Shown: piece after piece, positions 61,826-64,000 of the stretch | Layout: every line of letters starts with the position of its first letter | How positions within the stretch are numbered: the first letter of the stretch is position 1 | DNA from: a virus | Length of the DNA: 64,000 nucleotides | Direction: 5' to 3' (one strand) | IMG/VR virus record: IMGVR_UViG_3300020202_000061 | Span: 250,950 to 314,949 of that record | Translations under genes and position numbers: made by a program | The notes under the pieces: generated by a model | Database searches by the model: none | What the model saw: only the letters and a program-made list of their open reading frames with translations | Told to the model about the DNA's origin: nothing

Positions 61826-62424
61826 TGAATTACCTTTTTCAGGTCGATGGTGATGGAACGCTCACCCATGTTCCACTTCCCGGCCGTAGCCAGGGTAGCG
61901 GTATCGGCGAGAACACGACGAAGGACGAAGGACTGCTCCTGCGCGGCCTGTTCCAGAGTCTGGTAGCGTTTCAGAGCCATGCGGGTATCGCGGTTCTTCT
62001 TCACACCAACACGAACATCGAAGTTCTTCGCCAGAGCCTCGCGAATGTGGTTCAGCTTGGTCTCGTAGTCGTGCGGACCGATGTTGAGGCCGAAGTAGAA
62101 CTCTTTGAATCCACGATCACGTTCGTGGTTCTTCTTTGCCTGCTCTTTCTTGCGCTTCTCCTCCTCATACTTGAACTTGCCGTAGTCGAGGAGCTTGATC
62201 ACGGGCGGCTTTGCGTCCTTGTCCAGCATGATCAGATCGAGACCCGAGTTGACGCGAAGCCAGTGCGCTTCGGACTGGGTCAGGATTCGACTTTTTTGAT
62301 CATCCGGAATTCCCTCTCGCGAATCGATCAATCGGACCTGTTCGGGAAGAATTCGGGTGTCCTGGATAAGACGTTCATCCTTCTGACGCTGCGGACGGGC
62401 AGAGTTCAAATCTTGTGGTCGCAA
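61822..62424 (-). CDS. infC: translation initiation factor IF-3 homolog
   Basis: colinear with bacterial IF3: ARPQRQKDERLIQD…VRLIDSREG (N-domain) and PPVIKLLDYGKFKYEEEKRKKEQAKK…FGLNIGPHDYETKLNHIREALAKNFDVRV (C-domain). Confidence 0.8.
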   Translation of the reverse strand: MRPQDLNSARPQRQKDERLIQDTRILPEQVRLIDSREGIPDDQKSRILTQSEAHWLRVNSGLDLIMLDKDAKPPVIKLLDYGKFKYEEEKRKKEQAKKNHERDRGFKEFYFGLNIGPHDYETKLNHIREALAKNFDVRVGVKKNRDTRMALKRYQTLEQAAQEQSFVLRRVLADTATLATAGKWNMGERSITIDLKKVIQ

Positions 62425-62427
62425 AAC

Positions 62428-62763
62428 TTATTCACCTTCCAGTTGGGGTTGATAGAAATCCGGGAATAACACGAAGTTGGAACCGGATTGAATCACACAA
62501 TATGTGGATTCCGTATCGTAGACCACGAGGGTCCACTTCCTGGTATCCGCATTTGCATAGAAAAATTTGCGAATCCCTTGTATATCATCGTCATAACGAT
62601 GGACCAAGGTTTCACCCTCCTGGAGGAGACTCCATTCGATTTGCTCAATATCGGGCGAACACGTGCGATAGTCGCTGGCCCACACAGGAGCCATCACAAC
62701 GCCGACCAAGCCCAGAGCCAAAAGAAGATTCTTCAATAGCAGCGGTAGATGGAAATCTCTCAT
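62428..62763 (-). CDS. secreted hypothetical protein
   Basis: signal peptide LLLALGLVGVVMAPVWA. Confidence 0.45.
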   Translation of the reverse strand: MRDFHLPLLLKNLLLALGLVGVVMAPVWASDYRTCSPDIEQIEWSLLQEGETLVHRYDDDIQGIRKFFYANADTRKWTLVVYDTESTYCVIQSGSNFVLFPDFYQPQLEGE

Positions 62764-62794
62764 GGATTAAAGGTAAAACTCCAGAGATTCCATG

Positions 62795-63043
62795 TCAAGT
62801 GGAGATTTTCGGGAATTTGCCCTCACGGACCGCCGCCTGAAGCTTGTCGAAACCCCCAACATGTTCACCATTCCAGAATACCTGCGGAACATAGCGCTCC
62901 GTAGGCATCTTCTGAAAGAACTCGGCTCGTGCTGCTTTGTCCTTCATGATGTCCTTGTATTCGTAGGGCCACTGATTCTGCTCGATCAGAGCCTTAGCCT
63001 GGACGCAGTATGGGCAATTATCCTTACCGTAGATTAGAAACAT
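62795..63043 (-). CDS. glutaredoxin (NrdH/Grx-like)
   Basis: CPYC active site at residues 10-13; 82 aa. Confidence 0.7.
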   Translation of the reverse strand: MFLIYGKDNCPYCVQAKALIEQNQWPYEYKDIMKDKAARAEFFQKMPTERYVPQVFWNGEHVGGFDKLQAAVREGKFPKIST

Positions 63044-63824
63044 CGGGCTTTCCTAGACGATCAAGAGCCTCACCAGGGCTTCCGAGATTACCGGACTGGT
63101 CAGGCTGGGGTTGCGCAGGTTTGGCTTCCGGAGAGGCTTGATCCCGCGTCAGGGCCTCATCTTGAGGCTCCTCTAGGGTCTGCGCCTGGAAGTTCTGAAT
63201 GGTCTTCTCCGTTTCCTGGTTGGCGAGTTCCTCGGCCTTGCGCTGGGCCATCTGGTTGCGCTCGCGGTTCCTGGAACGGAAATACATCTGAAGAGTCTTC
63301 TCGGTGTACGGAAACTTATCGTCGGTGTGAGGGAAGGTCAGAGTGAAATCGTCCACCTGGAAATTCCCCAACATGCTCGCGCCTGTGAGAATCTCATGGA
63401 TATCCTTGAGGTTGATCTTCTCGCGATCCATCTCGACATAGACGATGGAAGTGTTCGGGATCGTGTCGGAATCACCGTAATCCACGTTGAGCACACCATT
63501 GCAGTGCTCGCAGTAGTTCTTGTAGGGGATCACCGCTTCGGGCACGCCCTTGATGAAGAACGCCAGCACGATATTATCGGTGTTGGGATCACCCGGCACA
63601 TACTCGTCCACGCTCATCCTGGGCAGTAGAATCCCTTCGAGATCGTTCTTGGTCAGACCCTCAGTGAGAACACGATCCACCCAGGCATTGCCGGAGCGAA
63701 ACGCGATCATGTGGGATTCCTTCAGAAATGCTGGAAGACGGTCGAACTCTCTCCTCGCATCTTCACGCGATTCATACGGACTGCTCGTGTAGGAATCACC
63801 ATCCTGAGCGATAATCTTCCACAT
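63024..63824 (-). CDS. hypothetical protein
   Basis: ORF 266 aa. Confidence 0.5.
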   Translation of the reverse strand: MWKIIAQDGDSYTSSPYESREDARREFDRLPAFLKESHMIAFRSGNAWVDRVLTEGLTKNDLEGILLPRMSVDEYVPGDPNTDNIVLAFFIKGVPEAVIPYKNYCEHCNGVLNVDYGDSDTIPNTSIVYVEMDREKINLKDIHEILTGASMLGNFQVDDFTLTFPHTDDKFPYTEKTLQMYFRSRNRERNQMAQRKAEELANQETEKTIQNFQAQTLEEPQDEALTRDQASPEAKPAQPQPDQSGNLGSPGEALDRLGKPDVSNLR

Positions 63825-64000
63825 TACTGGGTTTCCATCTCTTCGTCGGAGAGTTGATCCGAACGTTCCTTATTGCGCTGTTCGATCTGGTCCAGATAAC
63901 GCTTGAGAATCTTGAAGCGGATAATGATGCCTTCCCTGGTCTTCTTCTTGGAAACCTTGTTCTGGGCCTCCTTGTCGTTGACCACACGGAGAGCACCACG
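63824..64000 (-). CDS. hypothetical protein, 5'-truncated by the window edge
   Basis: open frame ending …DQLSDEEMETQ with TAA at 63824-63826 overlapping the next start (TAATG). Confidence 0.35.
   Translation of the reverse strand, partial: RGALRVVNDKEAQNKVSKKKTREGIIIRFKILKRYLDQIEQRNKERSDQLSDEEMETQ

Noticed and set aside
1-64000. rRNA genes or integrase/attachment sites
   Set aside because: No rRNA-like conserved stretches and no integrase or recombinase motif were seen; the tRNA genes show no flanking direct repeats indicative of att sites.

Overview
This window reads as a 64-kb segment of a large, GC-rich (roughly mid-50s % by eye) tailed-phage genome, coded mostly on the + strand with short ATGA/TGATG-coupled genes. 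A GapR/DUF2312 homolog hints at an alphaproteobacterial host, but that is inference. Recognisable genes include a DNA replication and nucleotide block (DUF1643 protein, ATP-dependent DNA ligase, GapR-like protein, dCMP deaminase, P-loop kinase, family-B DNA polymerase). There is a complete host-like PrkA–YeaH(DUF444)–SpoVR module. Other calls include an SPFH/flotillin-like membrane protein, ATP-grasp protein, LpxH-like metallophosphoesterase, GT4 glycosyltransferase, amidoligase, PAS-domain protein, SLOG(DUF2493)–NADAR fusion, glutaredoxin and a two-component spanin pair. Translation genes stand out: 20 tRNA genes in six clusters (several non-canonical), a peptide deformylase, an ArfB-like GGQ peptidyl-tRNA hydrolase and an IF3 (infC) homolog. 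Two homing endonucleases sit next to tRNA operons: a LAGLIDADG gene 1 nt after a tRNA-Ser inside an AT-rich island, and an HNH gene in a minus-strand cassette. A sigma70-like promoter family (TTGACA, 17-nt spacer with a GC-rich GGGGTTTCC-like dyad, TAAATA/TAGACT/TATAAT) recurs at least 21 times and drives every tRNA operon. A perfect 17-bp tandem duplication frameshifts one minus-strand gene. There is no CRISPR array and no rRNA. All coordinates and motif calls were made by eye from the sequence; manual coordinates may be off by ±1 nt; none was checked by database search.
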